DNA from: Elusimicrobiota bacterium
Lineage (GTDB): Bacteria; Elusimicrobiota; Elusimicrobia; UBA1565
NCBI GenBank assembly: GCA_016212885.1
Contig: JACRDO010000132.1
Location: 28,779 to 92,778, forward strand
Direction: 5' to 3'
DNA length: 64,000 nt
The notes below the pieces were generated by a model. It saw nothing but the letters and a program-made list of their open reading frames with translations, made no database searches and was not told where the DNA came from. This document shows, one piece after another, positions 36,130-48,225 of this stretch (the stretch's first letter is position 1; each line of letters opens with the position of its first letter). Made by a program: the position numbers and the translations under genes.

Positions 36130-36460
36130 CGCGGGCGAAGCGACAGCGGCGTCTTTGGCGGTAGCGGCCGCGCTGTGGGCCGCGCTGCCCCGCGGGGCCG
36201 CCGGCCAGGCGCTCATGGGACTGGGCGCGGCATGGGCCGTCTCGGCGGCCTGCGTGGCCGCGCTATTGGCCGCGCAGGGCCGTTCGATGAAGACGTTCCT
36301 GTGGGTCTACGGCGGGGGATTGGCCGCGCGCGCCTTTGTCCTCGCCGGACTGATGGCCGCGGTGTGGGGCCTGCCCAGCGGCGCCCAGGCCGCGCGGCTT
36401 CTGGCGTATGTCTTTGGCGTGCTGTTCCTGTTGCTGCTCGAGATCAGGCATCTGAGATGA
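36070..36460 (+). CDS. AtpI-like ATP synthase accessory membrane protein. Start uncertain.
   Basis: Reading frame ending at the ATGA overlap with atpB. Hydrophobic helices AASLAVAAALWAAL, AAWAVSAACVAALLAA, LAARAFVLAGLMAAVWGL, LLAYVFGVLFLLLL. No in-frame ATG before the first helix. Candidate TTG/ATG starts at 36070, 36155 or later. Confidence 0.4.
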
Positions 36461-37221
36461 ACTTCGAGGAAGTCGTCGGCCACCATCTGCTCGACCACGC
36501 GATCGGGCCCTTCGCCGCGGTCGGGGGGATCCGCTTCGGCTTGAGCAAGCACCTGCTGATGATGTGGATCAACGGCAGCCTGCTCCTCGTCGGGATCTCC
36601 TGGCTCTCCCGCGGCCGGTCCAAGGCGGCGCAGCTCGCCCGCATGGCCGTGGAGATGGTCGTCCTCTTCATCCGCGACGACATCGTCGAGCCCATCCTCG
36701 GGCATGCCGGCCGCCCGTACCTGCATTATTTCCTGACGCTGTTCTTCTTCATCCTCCTCTGCAACCTCGCGGGCCTGGTGCCCTACGGGGCCACGGCGAC
36801 CGGCAACATCGCCGTGACAGCTGCCCTGGCGAGCTGCACCTTCGCTCTGATCGTGCTCGGCGGCATCCGCGAGCAGGGGCTCTCCGGCTTCCTCAAGCAC
36901 ATCGTCCCGGGCGGGCTGCCCTGGTGGATCCTGCCGATCATGTTCGTCGTCGAGATTTCGGGGCTTTTCGCGAAGTGCTTCGCCCTCACGATCCGTCTTT
37001 TTGCGAACATGATCGCCGGCCACATCGTGGCCCTGGGGTTTCTGTCCCTGATCTTCACCTTCGGGGCCGCCAGCCGGCTGGCCGGGCTCGCCGCGGCGCC
37101 CTTTTCAGTGGCCGTGGTGGTGTTCGTCAACGCGCTGGAGGTGCTCGTCTGCCTTCTGCAGGCTTACATCTTCACGATGCTGACGGCAGTTTTCGTAGGC
37201 GGGGCTCTGCACCCGCACTGA
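36457..37221 (+). CDS. atpB: F0F1 ATP synthase subunit a.
   Basis: Conserved C-terminal region ILPIMFVVEISGLFAKCFALTIRLFANMIAGHIVAL including the essential Arg. Multi-TM. Start MNFEEVVGHHLLDH chosen inside the longer ORF-track ORF. Confidence 0.9.
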   Translation: MNFEEVVGHHLLDHAIGPFAAVGGIRFGLSKHLLMMWINGSLLLVGISWLSRGRSKAAQLARMAVEMVVLFIRDDIVEPILGHAGRPYLHYFLTLFFFILLCNLAGLVPYGATATGNIAVTAALASCTFALIVLGGIREQGLSGFLKHIVPGGLPWWILPIMFVVEISGLFAKCFALTIRLFANMIAGHIVALGFLSLIFTFGAASRLAGLAAAPFSVAVVVFVNALEVLVCLLQAYIFTMLTAVFVGGALHPH

Positions 37222-37277
37222 CAAAGCGGCCCCGTGAGCGTGAGGCGGCGGGCCGGAGGCCGCAAACGGAGGGTAGA

Positions 37278-37568
37278 ATGCTGAACATCGGACTTGGCTA
37301 CATAGGCGTCGGGATCGCCATAGGGGCGGGCCTTTTCGGCGCCGCGGCGGGCATCGGGAAGCTGGCGAGCGCGGCTCTTGAGGGGACGGCCCGGCAGCCG
37401 GAGGCGACGGGTTCGCTCCAGACCATGATGATCATCGCGGCCGCGCTGATCGAAGGGCTCGGGCTCTTTGCGCTCGTCATCGCCTTCCTGGCGGTCAATA
37501 CGCTCAACAAGAGCCTGCAGACAGGAGCGACGGCGGCGCCGGCGGCGGTGGAGGCGGGCCCGCGCTGA
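37278..37568 (+). CDS. atpE: F0F1 ATP synthase subunit c.
   Basis: GLGYIGVGIAIGAGLFGAAAGIGKLASAALEGTARQPEATGSLQTMMIIAAALIEGLGLFALVIAFL. Hairpin with the conserved carboxylate (E in AALIEG). GGAGGG RBS upstream of the ATG. A-rich C-terminal extension. Confidence 0.9.
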   Translation: MLNIGLGYIGVGIAIGAGLFGAAAGIGKLASAALEGTARQPEATGSLQTMMIIAAALIEGLGLFALVIAFLAVNTLNKSLQTGATAAPAAVEAGPR

Positions 37569-37578
37569 GCGGCGAACG

Positions 37579-38103
37579 ATGGAGACTCTGCTGAGCCCGG
37601 ATCCGGGCCTGTATATCTGGACCATCGTCAGCTTCCTCGTCCTGGTGGGCCTGCTGAAGGCTTTCGCCTGGGGCCCGCTCCTGCGCGCGGTGGAGGAGCG
37701 GGAGTCCGCCATGCGCTCCGAGCGCGAGAAGGCGGAGGCCGCGCGGCGGGAGGCGGAGGGCATCCAGCGCAGTCTCGCCGAGCAGCTCAAGGGCGTCGAC
37801 GCGCAGGCCCAGGAGATCCTCTCTAAGGCCGCTCGCGAAGGAGAGGCTCTGCGCGAGCGGCTCAAGAAGGACGCCGAGGAGGAGTCCAAGCGGCTCCTCG
37901 AGAGATCGCGCGAGCAGCTCGTGGAGGAGAAGGCGCGCCTCGTCGTCGAGCTGCGCGGGGAGGTCGCCGCGCTCTCCGTCCAGGCGGCGGAGCGGCTCCT
38001 CAAGAAGAGCTTAGACCCCGGCGTCAAGAAGGAAGCGCTCTCGGAGTTCCTCGGCCAGCTCGACGCGCGGGGCGGCGGCAAGGGCCCCGGAGGCGGCGCT
38101 TGA
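37579..38103 (+). CDS. atpF: F0F1 ATP synthase subunit b.
   Basis: N-terminal TM helix IWTIVSFLVLVGLLKAFAWGPL followed by a long charged helix (REAEGIQRSLAEQLKGVDAQAQEIL...). Confidence 0.85.
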   Translation: METLLSPDPGLYIWTIVSFLVLVGLLKAFAWGPLLRAVEERESAMRSEREKAEAARREAEGIQRSLAEQLKGVDAQAQEILSKAAREGEALRERLKKDAEEESKRLLERSREQLVEEKARLVVELRGEVAALSVQAAERLLKKSLDPGVKKEALSEFLGQLDARGGGKGPGGGA

Positions 38104-38636
38104 ATCTGTCCGAGCGCGTCCTCGCGCGGCGCTATGCCGCGGCGTTCGTCCTGGCGGCCTCGGCCGCTGAGGAAGGCGCCGAGACGGCCGTCTTGGAGCT
38201 GGAGCGGGCGGGAGGGGCGCTGCGCGGGGAGATGTCCCTGTTCCGCCATCCGCGGCTTTCCGCGGGCGAGAAGAAGGCCCTGCTCGCGAAGGCCGTGGGA
38301 AAATCCGCTTCCAGGACGGCGCTCCGCTTCTTGGAGATCCTCGTAGACAAGAAGCGCTTCGGCCTGCTGCCGCTGATCGTCCTAGACGCCGGCAAGGTCT
38401 TAGACGAGAGCAAGGGCCTGCTCCGGGCGCTTGCCCGCTCGGCGCAGCCCCTGACGCCGCAGGAAGCGGAGGCGCTGAAGGCCCGCCTGAGCCGGTTCAG
38501 CGGCAAGCTCGTGGAGCTCGACGCCCAAGTCGACGAGAGCCTGCTGGCCGGCGTGTCCGTGCGGCTCGGCGACTGGGTGCTCGACGGGAGCCTGCGGGGG
38601 CGCCTGCGCCGGATGGGAGATTATTTGACGGCATAA
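38100..38636 (+). CDS. atpH: F0F1 ATP synthase subunit delta (OSCP). TTG start overlapping the atpF stop.
   Basis: Size (178 aa), its position between atpF and atpA, and the C-terminal [16 protein letters not shown]-like sequence. Confidence 0.8.
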   Translation: MNLSERVLARRYAAAFVLAASAAEEGAETAVLELERAGGALRGEMSLFRHPRLSAGEKKALLAKAVGKSASRTALRFLEILVDKKRFGLLPLIVLDAGKVLDESKGLLRALARSAQPLTPQEAEALKARLSRFSGKLVELDAQVDESLLAGVSVRLGDWVLDGSLRGRLRRMGDYLTA

Positions 38637-38641
38637 AACCC

Positions 38642-40156
38642 ATGGCTATACGACCAGAAGAGATCACCGGCGTCATCAAGGACCGGATTTCGGGCTACGA
38701 GGGCGCGGCCGACATCGCGGAGGAAGGGTTCGTCCTCCAGGTCGGCGACGGCATCGCCCGCGTCTACGGGCTGGAGAACGCGATGGCGGGGGAGCTGCTG
38801 GAGTTCCCGCACGGCGTCTTCGGGATGGCGCTCAACCTCGAGAAGGAGAACGTGGGCTGCGTGCTCTTCGGCCGCGGCGAGCTCATCGGCGAGGGCGACC
38901 CGGTGCGCCGGACGGGACGCATCATGCAGGTCCCGGTCGGAGAGGCCCTCGTCGGCCGGGTCGTGGACCCGCTCGGCCAGCCGATCGACGGGAGGGGCCC
39001 GATCAAGGCTTCGGGCACCCGGCCGGTCGAGGTCATCGCCCCGGGCGTGGTCGCGCGAGCGCCGGTCAGCTTCCCCCTGCAGACGGGCCTGAAGGCCATC
39101 GACTCCATGATCCCCATCGGCCGGGGCCAGCGGGAGCTGATCATCGGCGACCGGCAGACCGGAAAGACCGCGATCGTCATCGACGCGATCATCAACCAGA
39201 AGAATGCGCCCAAGCGCCCGGTCTGCATCTACGTCGCCGTGGGACAGAAGCAGTCCACGGTCGCGGGGGTCGTCAAGACGCTGGAGGAGTTCGGCGCGAT
39301 GGAGTACACCATCGTCGTCAGCGCGACGGCCTCGGACGCGGCCCCCCTGCTCTACCTCGCCCCGTATTCCGGCTGCGCCATGGGAGAGGAGTTCCTCTGG
39401 GCGGGCAAGGACGTGCTGGTCGTCTACGACGACCTCTCCAAGCACGCGCAGGCCTATCGCCAGCTCTCCCTGCTGCTGCGCCGGCCGCCGGGCCGCGAGG
39501 CGTATCCCGGCGACGTCTTCTACCTGCACTCGAGGCTTCTGGAGCGCGCCTGCAGGCTCTCGGATGAGAACGGCGGTGGCTCCCTGACTGCCCTGCCGAT
39601 CATCGAGACGCAGGCCGGGGACGTCTCCGCGTACATCCCGACCAACGTCATCTCGATCACGGACGGGCAGATCTACCTGGAGTCGAGCCTCTTCTACAGC
39701 GGCATCCGCCCGGCGCTGAACATCGGGATCTCGGTCTCCCGCGTGGGCGGCGCGGCCCAGATCAAGGCGGTCCGCCAGGTGGCGGGCAAGCTCAGGCTGG
39801 ACCTCGCGCAGTACAACGAGCTGGCGGCCTTCGCACAGTTCGGCTCGGACCTCGACAAGACCTCCCAGCAGCAGATCGCCCGCGGCCAGCGGATGGTCGA
39901 GCTGCTCAAGCAGGACCAGTATCGGCCGATGCCGGTGGAGGAGCAGGCGGCGTGCCTCTTCGCGGGCGTCAGCGGCTTCATCGACGACCTCCCGGTCGAG
40001 TCGATCCGCCGCTTCGAGGCCGGGTTCCTCAAGGCCCTGGCGCAGCGCCGGCCGGGCCTCCTGCGGGAGATCGCCGAGAAGCAGATCCTAGACGACGACT
40101 TGAAGGCCGGGCTCACGGAAGCCTGCTCCGAATTCCGGAAGGAGTTCAAGCCATGA
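38642..40156 (+). CDS. atpA: F0F1 ATP synthase subunit alpha.
   Basis: 504 aa. Walker [19 protein letters not shown]. Typical alpha-subunit N-terminus [16 protein letters not shown]. Confidence 0.95.
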   Translation: MAIRPEEITGVIKDRISGYEGAADIAEEGFVLQVGDGIARVYGLENAMAGELLEFPHGVFGMALNLEKENVGCVLFGRGELIGEGDPVRRTGRIMQVPVGEALVGRVVDPLGQPIDGRGPIKASGTRPVEVIAPGVVARAPVSFPLQTGLKAIDSMIPIGRGQRELIIGDRQTGKTAIVIDAIINQKNAPKRPVCIYVAVGQKQSTVAGVVKTLEEFGAMEYTIVVSATASDAAPLLYLAPYSGCAMGEEFLWAGKDVLVVYDDLSKHAQAYRQLSLLLRRPPGREAYPGDVFYLHSRLLERACRLSDENGGGSLTALPIIETQAGDVSAYIPTNVISITDGQIYLESSLFYSGIRPALNIGISVSRVGGAAQIKAVRQVAGKLRLDLAQYNELAAFAQFGSDLDKTSQQQIARGQRMVELLKQDQYRPMPVEEQAACLFAGVSGFIDDLPVESIRRFEAGFLKALAQRRPGLLREIAEKQILDDDLKAGLTEACSEFRKEFKP

Positions 40157-40593
40157 AGACAGCGTTGTTGGCGGCGTCGTTGGCGGTTTCGCTTGCCTTG
40201 CCCGCGGCCGCGCAGGAAGCCGTTCCGATGGGGCAGGTCATCAATCTGAGCCTCGTGGAGGCCCTCGTCGCCGTCGAGCATGCGGACCTGTCCGGCATCT
40301 TCGGCTTCGTGCCGGAGGAGGCGGCCGGCTTCGCGCTGGCCGACTTCCTGATGCGCGACCACAAATCCCTCAAGCGCTTCATCCAGAAGTGCGAGAAGGA
40401 CTACAAGCAGGCTCATGGCACCAGCCTTTGGGACAAGCAGGTCCTGCTCCACCTCGTCACCATCAACGCGTCCGGAGCGGCGCCGATGGGCGTGAAGCGG
40501 ATCCCGGCGAAGCTGATGGACAGGGTCAATACGCTGAGCCTGGTGGATGGACTGCCCCTGGAGGTCGTGGTGCAGCGTCGCGGAGGGAAGTAG
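40153..40593 (+). CDS. Small secreted hypothetical protein (146 aa) inserted between atpA and atpG.
   Basis: ATG overlaps the atpA stop (ATGA). Signal peptide [21 protein letters not shown]. No recognizable domain. Confidence 0.5.
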   Translation: MKTALLAASLAVSLALPAAAQEAVPMGQVINLSLVEALVAVEHADLSGIFGFVPEEAAGFALADFLMRDHKSLKRFIQKCEKDYKQAHGTSLWDKQVLLHLVTINASGAAPMGVKRIPAKLMDRVNTLSLVDGLPLEVVVQRRGGK

Positions 40594-41519
40594 TGAAGCG
40601 CGCCCTGGTCACCGGCGCGGCCGGCTTCATCGGGTCGAACCTCGCGCTCGAGCTGGAGCGCTTGGGCTGGCAAGTGGCGGCGCTCGACGACTTCAGCTCC
40701 GGGCACTTCGAGAACCTCCGGGGCTTCACCGGAGAGGTCATCGCCGCGGACGTCTCCCGCCCCCAGGACTGGGAGGGCCGGGTCGGGCGGGTCTGCGCCG
40801 TCTTCCACCAGGCGGCGATCACGGACACGACCGTCAGCGACCCGATGCGGATGATGCGGGTCAACGTGGAGGGCTTTCGCGACGTCCTCGGCTTCGCGCT
40901 GAGGGCCAGGGCCCGCTCCGTCGTCTACGCCTCCTCCGCCGGGGTCTACGGCCCCGGCCCCTGCCCGATGCGCGAGACCCAGGCGCCGAATCCCTTGAAC
41001 ATCTACGGATTCTCGAAGACGGCGATGGAGCGGGTCGCGGCCGGCTTCGCCGCGGCGCACCGCGGCGTGCAGGTGACCGGGCTGCGGTATTTCAACGTCT
41101 ACGGGCCGCGGGAGGCCCACAAGAAGAAGGCCGCGAGCATGATCTGGCAGCTTTATGAGCAGATGCGCCGGGGGCGGCGGCCCCGCATCTTCAAGCGCGG
41201 GGAGCAGTACCGGGACCAGATCTACGTCCGCGACATCGTGAGCGCGAATCTGAAGGCCCTGGCAGCCGGGAAGAACGGCGTCTTCAACGTCTGCACCGGG
41301 CGGGGGACGGACTTCAATACCATCGTCAAGGCGCTCAACGGCGTCTTGGGGACATCCCGGCAGCCCGAGTATTTCGACAACCCGTACCCGTTCTACCAGG
41401 ACCAGACCCTCGGGGACCCGGCGGCCGCGAAGAAAGCCCTGGGATTCGCCGCCCGCTGGAGCTTTTCGGAAGGCGTGAAGGACTACCTTGGAGGCCGCGC
41501 GGCCAAATGGCTTCCCTAA
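40593..41519 (+). CDS. hldD: ADP-L-glycero-D-manno-heptose 6-epimerase-like NAD(P)-dependent epimerase (HldD/RfaD family). GTG start.
   Basis: Rossmann motif VTGAAGFIGSNL. Catalytic YxxxK (NIYGFSK). HldD-specific regions RYFNVYGPREAHKKKAASM and YQDQTLGDPAAAKKALGF...EGVKDY. Confidence 0.7.
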   Translation: MKRALVTGAAGFIGSNLALELERLGWQVAALDDFSSGHFENLRGFTGEVIAADVSRPQDWEGRVGRVCAVFHQAAITDTTVSDPMRMMRVNVEGFRDVLGFALRARARSVVYASSAGVYGPGPCPMRETQAPNPLNIYGFSKTAMERVAAGFAAAHRGVQVTGLRYFNVYGPREAHKKKAASMIWQLYEQMRRGRRPRIFKRGEQYRDQIYVRDIVSANLKALAAGKNGVFNVCTGRGTDFNTIVKALNGVLGTSRQPEYFDNPYPFYQDQTLGDPAAAKKALGFAARWSFSEGVKDYLGGRAAKWLP

Positions 41520-42487
41520 GGGAGATCCGGCGCAAGATCAAGTCGGTGCGGTCCACCGAGCAGATCACCAAGGCGATGAAGATGATCGCGGCCGCCCGGA
41601 TGCGCCGCGCGCAGGCTTCGATCCTCGCTTCGCGCCCCTTCGCGGAGAAGATGGAGGAGGTCGTCTGTGGCCTCGCGGCCCTGGAGCGGGAGTCGCTCGA
41701 TCACCCGTTCTTCAAGCCCGCGTCGGCCGCCACCATGGCCTCGGAGGCGGGCCGCCCCTCGACGGCATCCCGAAGCGGCATTCCCTCGCCGGAAGGCTCG
41801 GTCACACTTCCTCGGGTTGGCCCTCGGTCGCCCGCGGCCCGTCCGGATTGCGGGGCCGGCCTCATCCTTGTGGCGGCCGACAAGGGCCTCTGCGGGGCCT
41901 TCAACGCGAACACCCTGCGCTCGGCCGTGGAGTGGATACGGGGCCGGCAGGAACGACCGGTCCGCCTGGCGGCCGTCGGCCGCAAGGCCCGCGATTTCGC
42001 CCTGCGCCTCCAAGGGGCTTCGATCGTCTACGAGATGGCCGGCATCTTCCCGAAGGTGTCCTTCGCCCACGCCGAGCTCCTCGGGCAGGCCGTCATCTCG
42101 GCCTATCTGGAAGGCCGGGTCTGCTCCGTCACGGCGATCTACAACGAGTTCCGTTCGGTGGTGTCCCAGAGGGTCGTCAAGCAGGAGCTGCTGCCGATCC
42201 CCATCCACAAGGAGAACGTGCGGGCCATGGATTTCAGGTTCGAGCCGGAGCGGCGCCGGGTGCTGGCCGCCCTGCTCCCGCGCTACCTGAAAGCCCAGCT
42301 CTACCGGATCCTGCTGGAGTCGCAGGCCGCGGAGCTGGCCGCCCGGATGAACGCGATGGACGCGGCGTCCAAGAACGCCGGGGAGCTGATCGATTCTCTG
42401 ACCTTGTCGCTCAATAGGACGCGGCAGAGCCTTATCACGAGGGAGATCGCCGAGCTGGTCGGCGGCGCGGAGGCCTTGGCCGCATAG
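41507..42487 (+). CDS. atpG: F0F1 ATP synthase subunit gamma, carrying a ~45-aa Pro/Ser/Ala-rich insertion before the DKGLCGAFN motif.
   Basis: N-terminus MASLREIRRKIKSVRSTEQITKAMKMIAAARMRRAQ. Motif DKGLCGAFNAN. C-terminus LSLNRTRQSLITREIAELVGGAEA. GGAGG RBS upstream. Overlaps hldD by 13 nt. Confidence 0.85.
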   Translation: MASLREIRRKIKSVRSTEQITKAMKMIAAARMRRAQASILASRPFAEKMEEVVCGLAALERESLDHPFFKPASAATMASEAGRPSTASRSGIPSPEGSVTLPRVGPRSPAARPDCGAGLILVAADKGLCGAFNANTLRSAVEWIRGRQERPVRLAAVGRKARDFALRLQGASIVYEMAGIFPKVSFAHAELLGQAVISAYLEGRVCSVTAIYNEFRSVVSQRVVKQELLPIPIHKENVRAMDFRFEPERRRVLAALLPRYLKAQLYRILLESQAAELAARMNAMDAASKNAGELIDSLTLSLNRTRQSLITREIAELVGGAEALAA

Positions 42488-42509
42488 ATCGGCGGATCTT
42501 GGGAGACAA

Positions 42510-44716
<2,207 letters not shown>

Positions 44717-44720
<4 letters not shown>

Positions 44721-46006
44721 CGCCCCAAACATCCGAAATGCGCATCGTCGCAGCGTTAGCCGCGCTCCTCCTCCTGCCCCGCGCCGCGCAGGGAGCCGAG
44801 GGCGCGTCCTGCGCCGTCATCCGCGGCCTGGCCGGAAGCCTTAAACCGGAGTGGAAGCCTTCGACGCCCAACCCGATCAACTGCTTCTTCCGCGGCGGGG
44901 AATCCTCCAACTACGTCCTGCCCACCCAGCCCTCGGCTTCAGCCGAGGTCCACATCATCAGCGTCCGGGAGGGGCGTTTCGGCGGCGAAGAAGCGGCGAA
45001 GGCGCGCGGCGCTACGGGCTCGGTCCGCGTGGTCCTGCATAAGACCCGCAAGCCTGCCATCCTGGTCTTGAACGCTCAGAAGCCCACCCGTTGGGAGCTG
45101 ACCGTCACGCAGGAGGCCGAGCTTCGGATGATCATCCTCCAGGGCCGGGGAGAGCAGGCCCTCAAAGGCGCGCCCAGCGGCATCCCCGTGCAAAGAAGGG
45201 CCGCGGAACAGGCGTGCGCGTTCGCCGAGCAATGGGAGGCGTTTGCGCAGGCCGATCCTCGGGCCGCCGCGGCGCGCGGGAAGCTGAACTCCGACTTCCG
45301 GGCCATGGCGCAGGGAATCCGCTGCCTGACCGGGCTTCGGGAAGCGTCGTTCCAGGGCTGCGGCTTGGGGCTTGTCTTCGAGGTGCCCCACTATCACCCG
45401 GACGCCAAGGGGCTGGACGCGGACGAGATCGCGCCCGTCTGTCCGGGCGGCCTTTCCTCTCCGGAAACCTCGGCCGCCGCGCCCCAGGCTTCAGAATCGC
45501 CGGAGGGCGCCGCTGTGCAGGCGAGGGCTCCGGAGGGCCCGAAGTCGCCCAAGAGAGAGGGGCCCGAAGCGGAAATAGAGAACAAGACGCAAAAGCCGAA
45601 AAAGCCCCAGGAGACCCTCTCCTCTTCCCCCGGCATCCCGATGCGGGACTATATCTCCGTGCGGGCCGAAGCCATCCTCATGAAGGGGGACAGGACCCTG
45701 CTCACCCATGACGCGGTGCCGGACCTCGTGCTCGTCCTGGAAAGGGGGGACGCGAGGCTGCGCTCCCGGGCCGCGGACGCCCTGGGACAGCTCGGAGCGG
45801 AGGGCGCGGACGCCGTGGCCGCGCTCATGCGGACCCTGGCGAAGGACGAGAGCCCCCGCGCACGTTCGAGCGCGGCCCTGGCGCTCGGGAACATCGGTCC
45901 CGCGGCGAAGGAAGCCGTTCCCCTCCTCAAGCGCGCGGCCAAGAGCAGGAACCCGGACCTACGCCTGAGCGCCAAGACGGCGCTCGAGCGGCTCGGGGCC
46001 GATTAA
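44717..46006 (+). CDS. Secreted hypothetical protein with C-terminal HEAT/PBS-lyase-like repeats (429 aa).
   Basis: Signal peptide MRIVAALAALLLLPRAAQGAEG. Repeats ...LRSRAADALGQLGAEGADAV...ARSSAALALGNIGPAAKEAVPLL... Confidence 0.5.
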
Positions 46007-46902
46007 TCCTTCCCGACGATCTCCAGGAAGCGCGGATCATCCCGCAGGGAATCGAACTCGAGCGCTTTGCGCGCCTCGGCCATATAGGCCTTGTCGAGCT
46101 TGATCGCGGCGCGGATGTCCTCCAGGGCCTCGTCGAAGCGCCCGAGCGCCGCGAGCAGGATCGCGTGATGATATCGGCCGGAGGCGTACTCGGGGTCCAT
46201 CCGCGCGGCTATTGCGAGCTCCGCCTCGCCGGCTTCGGGGTCCGAGGCCTTGCCGTAGAGCAGGACCCCGTTGGCGGCGTGCCCCTCGGCGCGCCGGCGC
46301 CGGGCATTGGTGTTGCGCAGCCGGATGAGCGCGAAGCGGTAGAGGGCCGTCTCCGGGCCGCCGCGCGTCTTGAAGACGAGCAGGGAGCAGGTGATGAGGG
46401 GATGGTAATGCACGCGGGAGAGGCGGAAGGAGGCCGGCGGCCAGTCCGGAGAGCCGGCGGCCTTGAAGGACGGCGTTGTCGTAAGGAGCTCGACAAGGCC
46501 TGGCTGCGACCCCATGGCCCCCTCGCGGACGTCCTCCACGTAGCCTTTGATGGAATAGTCCTTCGCGAGAGCCTCTGAGACCTGCTGGGCCTGCTGGCTG
46601 CTCCAGAACTCATCCTTGCGGGAATTGAGGATCCAGTCAGCTTCGGGCCGGACCGCGCCCGCCGGGATCGTCAATGTCCCGAACTGCCAGGACTTCGGCT
46701 CCCCTAGCATCGTCTTCCCGAAAGGGGGGTAGCTCACCTTGCTCACAGCGGCCGAGCAGGACGGCCCCCAGCCGATGAACGAGAACTCGTCGTGGGCCTG
46801 CTGGCGCTGGATCGTGGTCGCGCCGCCGATAACCTTGACGTGGGCCGCGCGGGCCGGCGAAGCCGGAATGAAAAAGAGGAAGGCGATCATCCATTGGGAC
46901 AT
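46003..46902 (-). CDS. Secreted hypothetical protein with C-terminal TPR-like repeats (299 aa).
   Basis: N-terminal hydrophobic signal MSQWMIAFLFFIPASPARAAH. TPR-like YHHAILLAALGRFDEALEDIRAAIKLD. Confidence 0.5.
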   Translation of the reverse strand: MSQWMIAFLFFIPASPARAAHVKVIGGATTIQRQQAHDEFSFIGWGPSCSAAVSKVSYPPFGKTMLGEPKSWQFGTLTIPAGAVRPEADWILNSRKDEFWSSQQAQQVSEALAKDYSIKGYVEDVREGAMGSQPGLVELLTTTPSFKAAGSPDWPPASFRLSRVHYHPLITCSLLVFKTRGGPETALYRFALIRLRNTNARRRRAEGHAANGVLLYGKASDPEAGEAELAIAARMDPEYASGRYHHAILLAALGRFDEALEDIRAAIKLDKAYMAEARKALEFDSLRDDPRFLEIVGKD

Positions 46903-46938
46903 GGGACCGTTCCAGTATATCGGCTCGATGAAGGGTTG

Positions 46939-46989
46939 TCCAGGCCTGGGCCGCCGAAAACGATATAGGCCCTAGGGCCCAGGCCTGAA
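46939..46989. promoter_or_regulatory. Candidate operator in the divergent intergenic region: 12-bp perfect palindrome GGCCCTAGGGCC (46968-46979) flanked by the direct repeat CCAGGCCTG (46940-46948 and 46979-46987).
   Basis: Read directly from ...tCCAGGCCTGggccgccgaaaacgatataGGCCCTAGGGCCCAGGCCTGaat... between the divergent TPR-protein and nuclease genes. Confidence 0.3.
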
Positions 46990-47043
46990 TAGTCCTATGG
47001 CCCAGCCCAAAGGGGGCCTATTGCATTATACTCATGCAGACCC

Positions 47044-48219
47044 GTGATTGAGAGACGAAATAAGATTTTCTTCATAGCAGGCCTGGGGCTCCTCTTCTCC
47101 CCGGCCTTCTCGTTTGCCTCGGATTCCCTGATCTCCCTGGAAGTCCTGGGGACCCTCCAGCAGGGCCTCATCACGGCTGTCCGCGAGCGCTCCGGCAGGC
47201 GCGAAGAGATCGCGGGCCGTGCGGTCGCCTCCGCCTCCCGGATCACCCTCAACAAGGACTACATCCACGTCCTGGACGGAGATACCCTTTTCTACGGCCC
47301 CAAGAGGGGCAGGAAGCTGAACGTGCGCATCCTTGGCATCGACACCCCGGAGGTCCATCACTACGCGGCCGGCAAGTTCGAGGACCAGGAGTACGGGCAG
47401 AAGGTGAAAGAGTATGTGCGCGGGGTCATCTACCGCGCCGACAAAGTCGAAGCCCTGCTCTGCGGTGAGGACATCTACGACCGGACACTGGCACACATCT
47501 ACGTGGACGGCCGTCTTCTTTCCGTGAAGGTCTTGAAGAAGGGCTACGCCTACGAGACGATCACATATTACGGAGACAACGGGCAGCCCGAGCTCGCCTC
47601 TGAGATCCTCGAGGCGGCGAAGACCGGCCCGAGGCCGCCTTTCGAGAACCCCTACCGGTGGCGCAAGAGGATGTGGTCCGAGGAGAAGGAGCAGGCGGAA
47701 CTCCGCAAGGACCTCGCGACCCCCCGCATCCCGGTCGACAAGTCGCAGATGTTCTTCCAGGACGGCGACACCGTCTACTTCGGAAAGGAGGAAGTCCGCA
47801 TCCTCGGCGTGGACACCCCTGAGATCGCCCATCCGGAGCACGACAAGCCAGAGGGGCAGGAGTACGGGCCTGAAGCCGCTGAGTTCACCAAGCAGGCCCT
47901 GCTCGGGGCGAAGAAGGTCGAGTACATCCTCGGCCCCGGCAGCACCTATGGGCGGTCATTGGCGCACGTGTTCGTGGACGGCGAGCTCTTGTCCCTGCGC
48001 CTCATCCAGGCCCGCCTCGCCTACGAGACGGTTTCCAGGTACGGGGCCGGCGGCTTCCCCGGCTACGCCCGCCAGCTCTTGGACGCTTTCCATTCCGTTG
48101 AGACCCCGCCGTTCCAGAACCCGCAGTACTGGCGCTGGGAGCATTGGGGCCAGCCCAAGCCGGAGCCCGTCGACGCGGAGATCGCGCCCCCAGCGCTTCG
48201 GAGCCTGCTCGCTTATTGA
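47044..48219 (+). CDS. Secreted nuclease with two tandem SNase (staphylococcal/micrococcal nuclease-like) domains (391 aa).
   Basis: Signal peptide-like N-terminus IERRNKIFFIAGLGLLFSPAFSFA. Two copies of the SNase core: DGDTLFYGP...VRILGIDTPEV...GQKVKEYV...DRTLAHIYVDGRLLSVKVLKKGYAY, and DGDTVYFGKEEVRILGVDTPEI...GPEAAEFTKQAL...GRSLAHVFVDGELLSLRLIQARLAYE. Confidence 0.8.
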   Translation: MIERRNKIFFIAGLGLLFSPAFSFASDSLISLEVLGTLQQGLITAVRERSGRREEIAGRAVASASRITLNKDYIHVLDGDTLFYGPKRGRKLNVRILGIDTPEVHHYAAGKFEDQEYGQKVKEYVRGVIYRADKVEALLCGEDIYDRTLAHIYVDGRLLSVKVLKKGYAYETITYYGDNGQPELASEILEAAKTGPRPPFENPYRWRKRMWSEEKEQAELRKDLATPRIPVDKSQMFFQDGDTVYFGKEEVRILGVDTPEIAHPEHDKPEGQEYGPEAAEFTKQALLGAKKVEYILGPGSTYGRSLAHVFVDGELLSLRLIQARLAYETVSRYGAGGFPGYARQLLDAFHSVETPPFQNPQYWRWEHWGQPKPEPVDAEIAPPALRSLLAY

Positions 48220-48225
48220 TTGCGC

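Noticed and set aside
35827-36216. 5' extension of the GGDEF ORF to the ATG at 36216
   Set aside because: It would read antisense through the promoter and the atpZ/atpI genes. The extension is Ala/Arg-rich, and the receiver domain starts ~10 codons after the GTG at 35826.
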